In this document: positions 1 to 9,700 of the stretch, one piece after another
How positions within the stretch are numbered: the stretch's first letter is position 1
How the letters are laid out: every line of letters starts with the position of its first letter
NCBI GenBank assembly: GCA_023261605.1
Contig: JAHFOP010000003.1
Coordinates: 1-36,781 of the forward strand
Reading direction: 5' to 3'
Length of the DNA: 36,781 bases
DNA from: Candidatus Moraniibacteriota bacterium
GTDB lineage: Bacteria > Patescibacteriota > Minisyncoccia > Moranbacterales > UBA2206
Notes under the pieces: generated by a model
Databases searched by the model: none
The model's input: only the letters and a program-made list of their open reading frames with translations
Told to the model about the DNA's origin: nothing
Program-made: the position numbers and the translations under genes

Positions 1-3000
1 GTACTGTTGCCACCAAAAATATCCAACTTATATGTCGGATTCGCCGTCCCAATCCCAAGATTTCCAGAATTCATGAGACGCATTCTTTCAGTAGATGTCG
101 TGTTAGTGCGAGTGACAAAAGTTAAGTCTCCAACATAAGATGATACCCATTCATTATTGATACTCCATACACTCGAACCAGTTGAGCGTGTTCTTATCAT
201 TAAACCTGAATGCTCTGCGCTGTCTGAAGTGTTAAAAATGTTTAGCAATTGAGAGTCCGTAGGGGTATATGAATTTGCACCAGATTCAGGAGTTGCCGCT
301 GTTCCAATTGACTGAATATCAAGTGTTGTTAATGGGCTCGCCGTTCCAATGCCGACGTTGCCGGCGAAGTAATTGGTGTCATCAGCTCCGGCCTGATAGA
401 GTCCATATTGACTGACGGCGGCGATATTATCTATATATACTCCGTAACCGGTGCCGATAGTAGCCGAGCCCGTTCCAGCGACATTAAAGCGTCCGGCATA
501 GGCAGTATCAATAACTCCTCCAATGGCTGCAGATGTGACCACATTGTACGAACCATAAGCGTTGCTTATACTGGAGGTAGCTTGATTGACTTGAGAGAGA
601 TTATAGGCTCCGTAAGCGTTGTTTATTTGCTTGTAGGTGGCATCAGTAGATTGGTTAAGGGCTCGGTTATATGATCCAAAAAGATTAATATAGGCGCTGG
701 CCGTACCATCCGATCCGGCCGAGTTGGTAGCTGAGTTAAATGAAGCGTAAATCGTGTCTGTGAAAGCAGTGGAATGTTGCAGTGTGCTATCGACGCCATT
801 ATATATTCCATAGTGACTCTTAGCAGTACTTATATCAGCAGTATTGTCAATATAAAGAAGATTGTTGATGCCATATTTGCTATAAGTATTGGCGCCAAGA
901 GTGATGGAAGAGTTAATAGCGGCGTTGGCACTCGGAAGAGCATCTTTTACCCCCATCTTACCGAAGATATTGGTATTTCCCGCATTATCAAAATAGGCGG
1001 CTTCATTTCCTCCGGTGGTGATGGATATATTATTAGCTGAACGCCAAAATAGTCCGGTGTCAGGATCTCCGGCAAAAGACAAAGATGGAGTGCCGACTGC
1101 TCCATTGGGCAACAAGGCGTAGCCGCTGGAATTGATTTGGAAGAGATCGCCGTTGCCGACGGTGAGAAGCGCGGAGGGAGAAGAGTCACCGATGCCGACA
1201 TTGCCGCTTGGTTGAATAACCATTTGCTGTGTAAGTGCTGCGACTCCAGTTCGAGTATAGAAGCGAAGATCAGCACCAAAATTGGTGGTGGTTACATCTT
1301 CAGGAAATGAGGCTATCTGTGCGCTGGTAGTGCTCGCTAGAGTAGCATCAGTATCCCACGAATTGAAAGTAAATCTACCAAGAGGAGTGGTGGTAAGATG
1401 GCGATAGCCTGCTAAGGCAATTCCGCTATAATATTGAGCGCTATTAGATGAGCCAATAACTAAACTGCTATAACCATAACCGTTATTAGTCAATCTATTC
1501 GTTCCAACACTCCCATTGCCATTGTTAAGCAAAAGATGGTCTCCGGCCACTTCTAATGTGGCTTGCGGACTCGTCGTCCCAATGCCGACGTTGCCTCCAG
1601 TAAATAGTGCGGAGTAGCTTGCATTTGAAAAAGTTGCAGTACCGGTGAAAGTTTTATCTCCAGCTAATGTTTGAGTTCCGTTAGTCACCACTCCTCCATA
1701 ACTCGCGCTGGCTGGTTCCAGATTGAGAACTTGAGTGGAGAGAGTCATGCCATTAGCATTGGGAGATGAACCAATAGCCGTTATGGTTACGGCATTGTGA
1801 GCTGCTCCGGTGATGTCAGAAATGAAAGCCACTGTTTCTCTGGTTCCGGAAGATGGGGTGACGAAAAGATCTGTGCCATTGTATTCTATCGCTCCGGCTT
1901 CGGTAGCAGTCATATTTGTTCCGGCGGTCAATTTCAAAGGAGCGGTTCCGGCTGTAGCCGTTCCGGCTTTGATGTTTAGGTAGGCGGTAGGAGAAGTCGT
2001 CCCGATGCCGACGTTGCCCTTCAAAATAGTCTTCGCTATTGAATCATTCCCCAAAACCACCGAGTTAGACCCCACTCCCACCGCACTCGCTCCAATCACA
2101 ATCTCATTGGTGTCGCCGTCTGCCAGAGCCATCGTATTGAATCCGAGGTACAGTGAATTGTTGGAAGTTTGATTGGCCACGGCTCCTCCAGAGATAAATC
2201 GACCAGCAGTTGTCCCTTGGGCGGTATTATAACTTCCCGTGGTGTTACCATAAAGAGCACCATTACCCTGGGCGGAATTCTGATGTCCCGTGGTGTTGCT
2301 AAAAAAAGATTGTACACCTTGAGCTGAATTAGAATATCCAATGGTGTTGCTTTGACCAGACTGATAACCTATAAAAGTATTATATGAACTTTGAGAAATT
2401 AAAGTTGCCGTGCTTCCCATTGTCAAATTTCCAGCACCGACTCCTACGAAAGTATTTAGCCCATCAGTTGTTACTGTTCCGTTGTTGCCATAATTGAAAT
2501 CAGAAATGAAAGGCGTGGCACCTTTGTAAATTATACCTGTTGGCGATGCACCTGTTGAACTATCCAAACGGAAATTACCACCTGTGATGTCGAATTTTTG
2601 ACTTGGACTCGTCGTCCCGATGCCGACGTTGCCTTCACTTGTAATTCTCATCTTCTCTGACAAGGCATACCCTCCAACCACACCTCTTGTTTGAAAAGCT
2701 AAGTCAGTCAGGCTAACTCCCGTCTTAAGCGCCGCTATTCTTGCTGTCGACACTGAAGTTCCTGGAGACTCATTACCCGCTTCAAACATTATTCCTGAAA
2801 AAGAACCATTGGTGGCGCTAACATAATTTCTTAAATATAACTCTTGCGCACCAGGAGTTATCGCTGGAGCGCCAGTGGCGTAAGAAGAGCTATAGACAGT
2901 GGAGTCGCTTTTATATGTTTGTAAGATACTATTTGGCGTAGTCGTCCCAATCCCGACGTTGCCAACTTCATCAATTCTCATACGTTCCAAGTATGTTTCT

Positions 3001-5456
3001 GGGCTGCTGTCGCTCATTGTTAAAAACCTTAGCGTACCCCTTCTATCTCCACTCCCTAGAGCATCATTCATGCCGACTTGGATTTTTGCGCCCCCCCAAT
3101 AAGTCGAAGAGTTATTAGATCTAAACTCAAGTGCTGGGCCAGCCCAAACATTCGTACTCTCTGCTGTAATAGTTCCATCTAGGACAAGTTTATTCGTCGG
3201 ACTCGTCGTCCCGATGCCGACATTGCCACCGCTTGGATTAAGACTCATTTTGGCAACAGCACCACCAATATATGATTGCAAACTGCCACCGTTAGTAGTA
3301 TCATAACTAATTCTAAAAAGATTGCTCGTATCGACAAACCCAATATCAGCAGAACCGGCTACTGTAAGTTTTTGGATTCCTACCGTCGTCCCAATCCCGA
3401 CGTTGCCAAATAAAGCCGTTTTGGTTATGGATGAATTCCCAAAGACTGCCGTATTCGAGCCAAGCCCCAACGCCCCGTTACCGATCACGATAGCATTTGT
3501 TTCTGTATCAGAAAATCCACGAGCATTATAACCTAGATATAAACTATTGGTTGGTGAAGTTAATTGAGTTGTTCCATCATTTAGATATGAACCAGCACCA
3601 GAACCAACCATTACGTTAAGCCCAGTGAGCAGAAACCTACCAGACTGGCTGCCTATAACAACGTTATTACCACCAGAAATATTGTTATACCCAGCAAGGT
3701 CTCCTAAAAAAGTATTAGCTGAGCCAGTTGTTATATTTCCCCCAGCCTGTCCGACTATGACATTTGTTGTTCCTGTAGTGATATTTTGACCAGCATAAGC
3801 TCCAATAAGAACAGTTCTTGTTGCTGGTGACGAATTAGTAATAAGTGCATTTCCAGCACTAAGCCCGAACGCAGTAAGATTAGAGTCAACAATCATAGAT
3901 TGGACACCGGCGGTAGTGATGTATTTTGATGTTGTGTTTATTTTATAATATTGTCCTGCGCTTCCAGTCAATGATGCATCTGTGGCACTATCTGTGTATG
4001 TGGTAGCTGTATTATTGGCTATTGTAGTAAGATAATACTGATTATCCACTGTTGCTCCAACTTTTGTCCTATAAATCTTCCTGCCAGTTACTCGAGAGTC
4101 AGTAGATGTTGGGATACTTGTCAATAGGACATTCGTGTTGCCAGTAGTGGTGGTTACTTTTAGTGTTGCTCCGGCTCCGGTTTCTCCAATAGCGGTAGTA
4201 TATGTGACGAAATAATAATAGTCACCTACTCCAAGATTTGTCCCTGTTGCAAGAGAATATCCACCAATAGCTGTTGGATTTGTAACTAAATTTATATTAT
4301 ATCCAGCTTGAGAATTTACCCCTGAGGTAGTTGATGATCCCCGAACATCTAAGGCATACCCCGGACTCGTCGTCCCAATCCCAACGTTACCGCCTTTGAA
4401 ATAAATACCAGCTGTTGTAGACGGTCCGATCCAAGACTCTGCAAGAGTTGTAAGCGGATTAATTGAAGTAGAATTGGTTATCCCACCAGTCATGGTTCCA
4501 CCTGCCAACGGCAAATAGGCAGTGGAAGTATAAGCATTAGTGCCAAGAGTTCCACCAGTGCCAATATTCAAAGTGGAACCATCTGTGCCAGTGAAAGTCA
4601 AAGTGTTGCTGGCGGTCAAAGTTTTTCCTGCTCCAAGAGTAAGCGTTCCTGTTCCCGTAGTGATCACATTTCCGTTGTAAGTTCCTCCAGTTACATTTCC
4701 CGAGGCGTTTATTTGGAATTGAGAAGTTGTTCCAACTGAGAACAATGCTGAAGGAGCAGCTGTGCCAACACCCACAAAGCCGGTGCTCGTGTCAACATAG
4801 AGTTGATTGGTATTCACTGCGAAATCTCCGGCACCCGAAAGGGCTACGCTGAAATTCGATCCGGCTAGCGGTGTCGCTGTTAACGCGCCAGCGGAAGTGA
4901 TGTCGCCACCATTCACCGCAACGTCGCCAGTGATTGTAACGTTGCCGGAAGCATCCGTTGCCAAAATATGTGCCGTTGCGCCAGTTGTGGCACTATCCAA
5001 ACCATCCAGCAAATCAGAATTGAAAGCATAGCCGGAAGCACTAATAGTTTTTCTCGGGGACATTTCACTATCTGCTCCAATTTTAACGCCAAGATAATAG
5101 GTGCTGTTGAAATCCAGCGCAATCGCATTGTCCCCAGCAACAGTGTCACCAAGCATGATAGAGAAAATTCCATTCGCCACCGTCACAGCCCTTGCCGTTG
5201 GCGATCCGGTTGTTCCACGCGCCGTCCACACTGGTGTGCCACCAGTGGCGACAGTGTAGATGCTAATAACCATGTTGTAGGAACCATCGGCAACGGACAC
5301 ATTACTAGTGTCGGTCAGCTTTCCTTGGTAGTTAATTTGTTTGGTAATTGCAGCTTGTGAAAATTTAACAAAAAAACTAAAAACCAAAAACAGGACTACC
5401 AGCATAGCTGAAATTTTTCTGGATATATTTTGTTTTTGTTGATTTTTATTAAACAC
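1..5456 (-). CDS. Giant secreted tail-fibre/adhesin-like mosaic protein with GNVGIGT hinges (partial, >1818 aa, 3' end beyond window)
   Basis: Translated by hand at both ends and at the hinges. GTG at 5456 gives MFNKNQQKQNISRKISAMLVVLFLVFSFFVKFSQA|AITKQINYQGKLTD...YYLGVKIGADSEMSPRKTISASGYA (signal peptide plus an N-terminal domain). The same frame at the window edge reads LGIGTANPTYKLDIFGGNS. The ORF track lists no closed ORF in this frame, consistent with no internal stop. Contains 11 GNVGIG-type motifs. Confidence 0.9.
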   Translation of the reverse strand, partial: MFNKNQQKQNISRKISAMLVVLFLVFSFFVKFSQAAITKQINYQGKLTDTSNVSVADGSYNMVISIYTVATGGTPVWTARGTTGSPTARAVTVANGIFSIMLGDTVAGDNAIALDFNSTYYLGVKIGADSEMSPRKTISASGYAFNSDLLDGLDSATTGATAHILATDASGNVTITGDVAVNGGDITSAGALTATPLAGSNFSVALSGAGDFAVNTNQLYVDTSTGFVGVGTAAPSALFSVGTTSQFQINASGNVTGGTYNGNVITTGTGTLTLGAGKTLTASNTLTFTGTDGSTLNIGTGGTLGTNAYTSTAYLPLAGGTMTGGITNSTSINPLTTLAESWIGPSTTAGIYFKGGNVGIGTTSPGYALDVRGSSTTSGVNSQAGYNINLVTNPTAIGGYSLATGTNLGVGDYYYFVTYTTAIGETGAGATLKVTTTTGNTNVLLTSIPTSTDSRVTGRKIYRTKVGATVDNQYYLTTIANNTATTYTDSATDASLTGSAGQYYKINTTSKYITTAGVQSMIVDSNLTAFGLSAGNALITNSSPATRTVLIGAYAGQNITTGTTNVIVGQAGGNITTGSANTFLGDLAGYNNISGGNNVVIGSQSGRFLLTGLNVMVGSGAGSYLNDGTTQLTSPTNSLYLGYNARGFSDTETNAIVIGNGALGLGSNTAVFGNSSITKTALFGNVGIGTTVGIQKLTVAGSADIGFVDTSNLFRISYDTTNGGSLQSYIGGAVAKMSLNPSGGNVGIGTTSPTNKLVLDGTITAESTNVWAGPALEFRSNNSSTYWGGAKIQVGMNDALGSGDRRGTLRFLTMSDSSPETYLERMRIDEVGNVGIGTTTPNSILQTYKSDSTVYSSSYATGAPAITPGAQELYLRNYVSATNGSFSGIMFEAGNESPGTSVSTARIAALKTGVSLTDLAFQTRGVVGGYALSEKMRITSEGNVGIGTTSPSQKFDITGGNFRLDSSTGASPTGIIYKGATPFISDFNYGNNGTVTTDGLNTFVGVGAGNLTMGSTATLISQSSYNTFIGYQSGQSNTIGYSNSAQGVQSFFSNTTGHQNSAQGNGALYGNTTGSYNTAQGTTAGRFISGGAVANQTSNNSLYLGFNTMALADGDTNEIVIGASAVGVGSNSVVLGNDSIAKTILKGNVGIGTTSPTAYLNIKAGTATAGTAPLKLTAGTNMTATEAGAIEYNGTDLFVTPSSGTRETVAFISDITGAAHNAVTITAIGSSPNANGMTLSTQVLNLEPASASYGGVVTNGTQTLAGDKTFTGTATFSNASYSALFTGGNVGIGTTSPQATLEVAGDHLLLNNGNGSVGTNRLTNNGYGYSSLVIGSSNSAQYYSGIALAGYRHLTTTPLGRFTFNSWDTDATLASTTSAQIASFPEDVTTTNFGADLRFYTRTGVAALTQQMVIQPSGNVGIGDSSPSALLTVGNGDLFQINSSGYALLPNGAVGTPSLSFAGDPDTGLFWRSANNISITTGGNEAAYFDNAGNTNIFGKMGVKDALPSANAAINSSITLGANTYSKYGINNLLYIDNTADISTAKSHYGIYNGVDSTLQHSTAFTDTIYASFNSATNSAGSDGTASAYINLFGSYNRALNQSTDATYKQINNAYGAYNLSQVNQATSSISNAYGSYNVVTSAAIGGVIDTAYAGRFNVAGTGSATIGTGYGVYIDNIAAVSQYGLYQAGADDTNYFAGNVGIGTASPLTTLDIQSIGTAATPESGANSYTPTDSQLLNIFNTSDSAEHSGLMIRTRSTGSSVWSINNEWVSSYVGDLTFVTRTNTTSTERMRLMNSGNLGIGTANPTYKLDIFGGNS
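36..4781 (-). repeat. Dispersed ~30-nt in-frame hinge repeat (GNVGIGTxxP), 11 copies
   Basis: Copies at 36-65, 333-362, 1176-1205, 1566-1595, 1989-2018, 2604-2633, 2934-2963, 3198-3227, 3378-3407, 4362-4391 and 4752-4781 (divergent, GFVGVGT). Coding consensus GGCAAYGTCGGSATYGGGACGRC. Confidence 0.9.
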
Positions 5457-5484
5457 TATTTCTATTTTCTATTTAAATCCTACT

Positions 5485-5916
5485 TCATCGAGTCTCTTCT
5501 CCCATTTTAATCATGCCCTTACCGAAAACATTGAAACCGCCACTATCATTTGGCACTTTCGTAATTTCTTGTGGCACAAACTCATTCGCATTGACAGCTT
5601 TTTCTGTCCTATCTTTTTGCACAACAGTTATCACAACAATCATCATTGCAACAAACGCGATTGAAAGACTTGCGACTACCAATTTTCGCAGCAAGCTCAT
5701 TTGCTTTTTCAAGTTTTTTGCACGATTATCAACTTCAATCAGTTCCGCTGGTTTCATTTTCAAAATATATTCATTTAGCCACTCCACCCGTGTGTACCAA
5801 TTGCGTCCAATTTTTTTTGCACGTAACCCTCCGCGCCGGGCCAACAAGCTTAGATAACCTTGCTCATATGGAGATATTTTTGCAGCCTCTGCCATTGATA
5901 AGTATTGATTATTCAT
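5485..5916 (-). CDS. Membrane-anchored helix-turn-helix (excisionase/HTH_17-like) protein
   Basis: N-terminus YLSMAEAAKISPYEQGYLSLLARRGGLRAKKIGRNWY is an Xis/MerR-like winged HTH. One TM helix (LVVASLSIAFVAMMIVVITVV) and a short C-tail follow. Start at ATG 5916 (alternative 5955). Confidence 0.8.
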   Translation of the reverse strand: MNNQYLSMAEAAKISPYEQGYLSLLARRGGLRAKKIGRNWYTRVEWLNEYILKMKPAELIEVDNRAKNLKKQMSLLRKLVVASLSIAFVAMMIVVITVVQKDRTEKAVNANEFVPQEITKVPNDSGGFNVFGKGMIKMGEETR

Positions 5917-5971
5917 ATGTGTTTTATATAAAGCAATTATCGGATAATATCGCATGGTAATTTATGTGTTT

Positions 5972-5996
5972 ATTATAGCATAAAAACGGCTGTCAA
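5972..5996 (-). promoter_or_regulatory. Sigma70-type promoter (extended -10 TGCTATAAT) for the HTH/fibre genes
   Basis: Minus strand TTGACA-gccgtttttatgc-TATAAT. The TTGACA spacer is only 13 nt, so the extended -10 is the supportable element. Confidence 0.55.
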
Positions 5997-6005
5997 GCAC
6001 CTGAG

Positions 6006-6014
6006 TTATCCACA
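6006..6014 (+). promoter_or_regulatory. Perfect DnaA box TTATCCACA
   Basis: Exact match to the consensus DnaA box, 28 nt upstream of the -10 element. Confidence 0.55.
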
Positions 6015-6037
6015 ACCCATCCCAGCTTTTTTAACGC

Positions 6038-6071
6038 AAAAAAAGACCCTACTTTTACAAAATTAGGATCT
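6038..6071 (-). terminator. Rho-independent terminator after the TPR gene
   Basis: Minus strand AGATCCTA-N12-TAGGGTCT followed by a T run. Confidence 0.55.
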
Positions 6072-6111
6072 AAAAATTCAGCAACTACCCTAATAAATCA
6101 GCCCCTTGGAG

Positions 6112-6768
6112 CTATTTCCTCTCGAGCATGCTTTTTAAGTTGCCAAGTTCTTTGTTGTCAGGATTTTTTTCCAAACCTTGAGCGTTTATCCTTTTCGCTT
6201 CATCCGTTTTTCCATTATCCATAAGCATAATAATCCAATTGGAATAGGCCACCACATAGGCGCTGTTAGCTGCCACGGCTTTTCCATAATATTCTTCCGC
6301 CAATGTATAATTCTTTTGATCCCGATACAAATTAGCCAAGCCATTATAAATTCGCTCGCTGTTCGGCTCTTTTTCCAAGGCTCTAGAATACGCGTCTAGG
6401 GCTCCTTCGAAATCTTTTTGATTATATTTGGAAACCGCCAATTTATAAAGCGCGTCAACTTCATTTTTTCCGGCAGAAGCTTTCTCGAAATTTTTGGCCG
6501 CTTCATCAAATTTCCCTTCGGATAAATTACTCAAGCCTAAATTATAATTCATTTGTCTTCGCTCATCCCGAAAAAATACAAAATACGCCAAAAAAGCAAT
6601 GGCCAGAATGATTGAAATGGCCAGAGCATAAATCCACCAAGGACGATTTCCCAAATTTATCCTGAGATCGATTCTTATCTTTTGGGGAGTGGGCTTATGG
6701 TAGCCCGGCCTATGTGCGAGAACGCTTCCCAACTTTTTTTTGGCTACATCCATATTGCCTTTTATCAT
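6112..6768 (-). CDS. Membrane-anchored tetratricopeptide repeat protein
   Basis: One TM helix (WWIYALAISIILAIAFLAYFVFF) followed by about 4 TPR units, e.g. ALYKLAVSKYNQKDFEGALDAYSRALEKEP. Confidence 0.85.
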   Translation of the reverse strand: MIKGNMDVAKKKLGSVLAHRPGYHKPTPQKIRIDLRINLGNRPWWIYALAISIILAIAFLAYFVFFRDERRQMNYNLGLSNLSEGKFDEAAKNFEKASAGKNEVDALYKLAVSKYNQKDFEGALDAYSRALEKEPNSERIYNGLANLYRDQKNYTLAEEYYGKAVAANSAYVVAYSNWIIMLMDNGKTDEAKRINAQGLEKNPDNKELGNLKSMLERK

Positions 6769-6794
6769 AAATTTAAATATTAAAAATTAGTTTT

Positions 6795-9700
6795 TCATAA
6801 TTTCATTTTTTGCATCCAGCCAAATGTATCCTCAAAGTTGGAAATGATGAGTTGGATCACGGATTTTTGTTTTCGCGGAGTGAGCAGAGAAAATTCTTCC
6901 GACTCGGAAGTATTACTATTTTTATCTTTTGAGATAACTCGGAAATAGTAGACTGCAGCTGATTTAAGGTTAGTTAGAACCACCACATGATTAGTTGAAA
7001 GATTCTCGTCTTCCATGGATTTTTGAAGAGTATCTCCATTATTTGAATCTTTTTTCGTGTCAAAAACCACTTGCGACGTCGCCGCTTCATCAGTTTTCCA
7101 AGATATTATCGATTGAACTTTTTCATCTTTATTACTAATGAAAGACGCTTGCGAGTTGATTTGAGAAATTTCCGGAGCGGTTTTGTCTATTAGCGTAGTC
7201 ACCGAAAAAACTTCGGATTCGAAAGATATTTTATTCGCGTCCGTCCCTTTTATTTTTATCTCATATTCACTGCCCTGATTCAATCCCTCGATAGTCAAAT
7301 TGTGTTCAACAGCCAAATCGGGCAGCCCTTGCGTCCCCTTGTCAGTAGGATCATTTTTATTCAGATATTCAACTTGAGAATCAGTTTCAACATTGGTTGT
7401 CCATTTTAAAGTAACCCTTGAATCAGTAACCTCTCCAATACTTTTATCCCTAATCTCCGGCTTGTCGTTGGTGGCAAAAATATAATCGTCGGAAAAAACA
7501 GAATTATTATCTTTGTTTTCTCCCCTAACTCTAAAATGATAAGTCTTGCTCGCTGCCAAGCCAATCAGTTCAATTTTATGCATATTGGTTTTTTGAACAT
7601 TCGCTTTTTGCTGACCATATTCGGTCGTCAAACCGAATTCAACTTCCGAGGTAGTTGGATCGCCTGTTTCCCAAACGATAGTGGCCGAGTTAAGTGTTAC
7701 ATCAGTGACTTTAACCGAGGAAACCGTAGACAAAGCGTCTGTTTTAAAAGTCTTATCTGAAGAGACAGCGATGTTGCCGGATGAGTCGTAAGAAACAATA
7801 CTGTAATAATAGGTAGTGTTGGAAAGTAAATTATCCAGCGCAACTTCATGATTGGAAGAAAATTTTCCAGTTGAATAGATGGTTGCATCTTCCGCCATCG
7901 ATTGTCCATAATTTTTGTCCAAACCATAACGCACCATTCCGTTGCAAATCTTGTTCGTTTTCCAACTCACCAGCATTGAAGAATTAAGTCCCTTGGAAAC
8001 TTTCGCACCTGAAATGGTCGGTGGAGTTGTATCTAGCGCGTCACTGGCCGTTCCATCTAGCGTGGTGAATTCGCTTTCTGTTCCCAAGCTGAAATTTCCA
8101 TTTAAATCCTTTGTTCTGGCGCGAAAATAATATTTAGTGTTCGGACTAAGACCAGCAATTGTTATCGAATGATTTTCTGTTAATGTTTCTTCTTTACCAA
8201 TTATCATTCCATAATCTTCTGTTGTGCCGTAATAAATATATGAGTAGGCAGCTGAGTCGGAGTTCCAAGTTACCGTGGCACTGGAAGAAGTAATTTCTCC
8301 GACATTCATATTGGAAATTGTCGCTAGAAATGGGGTTACAAAATCATAGCCCGCGCCGCCATTGTCATCAATAGAACTGTTATTTTCGGAATCCGCCGAA
8401 CGCACTCTGAATTTATATTCCGTGCCCGGTTCCAAGTTATCAATAGTCACACTATGCTCCATTTTGCTCTCATTGGAATTGCCCAGCGTTTTTCCATAAG
8501 TTGTGTCTGTTCCGAAGTCCACCAGAGAATTAGATAACTCCGAGGTCGTCCAAGTTATCACGATCGACGAAGAAGTGCTGTTGGATGTCGCAACGCCACT
8601 GATAACCGGCGCACTATTGTCAATTCCGAAAGATACACCAGTTATTTCATCTTCCTTTGAAGCATTTCCGTATAAATCTTCTCCTTGAAATAAAAATTTA
8701 TAAACCGCTCCGGGAACCAAATCAATTGCGCCCCCTTGGCAATCGGCCGTATCAAAAACAATGTGCTCCCCTTGCAAAAGCGCCGCACCTTGTAAGATAC
8801 AAACATGCGGAGAACCAGGGTCAGCCAACCAAGCGGTTCTGGTGATTGTGATTGAACCGCTGGATATATTTTCGGAAAGAGAAAAGGAAATATTTGAATT
8901 CGTTGTGACACTCTGAATGTTTGATGAATTAGCCGGCAAAATATCAAAAAAATCAGGCGCGACAGTATCGACGACAATATCAGAAGTACTAGAGATGTTC
9001 GTGTTGGGAAGCAGTGTGTCGGTCACACATTTAGTATTGATGTCGCAGACAGTTTGGGAAGATATGGAGGATATAGCCAGATCACTCGTATTTTCATTTG
9101 ACCCGGTAGCTCCAACCGTATATGTTCCGGTGATTGTTTTGCCTCCAGTTATTGTATCCAGAGTGATTTCTGTTCCGGTATTCAAAATGATCGTGATGCT
9201 TCCATTGACCACATTTTCACTATAATTGGCTGTGATGTTTATCTTGGATCCCGGGCCATAAATATTGTCGCTCGTGGTTGAAGTGAAGCTATTCAAAATA
9301 ACAGCCGTCGTGTCGACCACAATATCCTTGTTGTTTGCAAGATTCAGCGTAGGAACAAAATTAATCATGGCGTTTCCCGCTTGGTCTCTGATCGTTCCGG
9401 AGATGTTTGAAACGTTGAGATCGAAACTATTCTCTCCCGTTTGAACGGTATATTCGCAGCTGGCAGTGTCGGAATCGGTCACAGAAAAGGTACAGCTTCC
9501 GCCGCTATCAAAAGTAACGGACACATCTCCCGTTGAAGTAACGAGCTCTGAAAAGGTCAATTCGACATTTATCACTTCCCTAGCATGAAATGTGCCATCT
9601 GCATGATCTGAAGTGACATTGGTGATTGTCGGCTTCACGATTTGACTGGTGGCCATGTCTTCTCCTGTCGCGCTTTCATTCCCGGCGAGATCAGTCAATG

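Noticed and set aside
36..4781. CRISPR array interpretation of the ~30-nt repeats
   Set aside because: Spacing is 180-984 nt and irregular, the repeats are degenerate and in frame within a CDS, and no cas genes are present.
408..5360. Short ORFs from the track on both strands in the first 5.4 kb
   Set aside because: They are shadows or alternative frames of the single long minus-strand fibre ORF.
1..5916. Prophage (tail fibre plus excisionase-like gene)
   Set aside because: The fibre has a Sec signal, the HTH has a TM helix, and no integrase, capsid, terminase or att site is visible.
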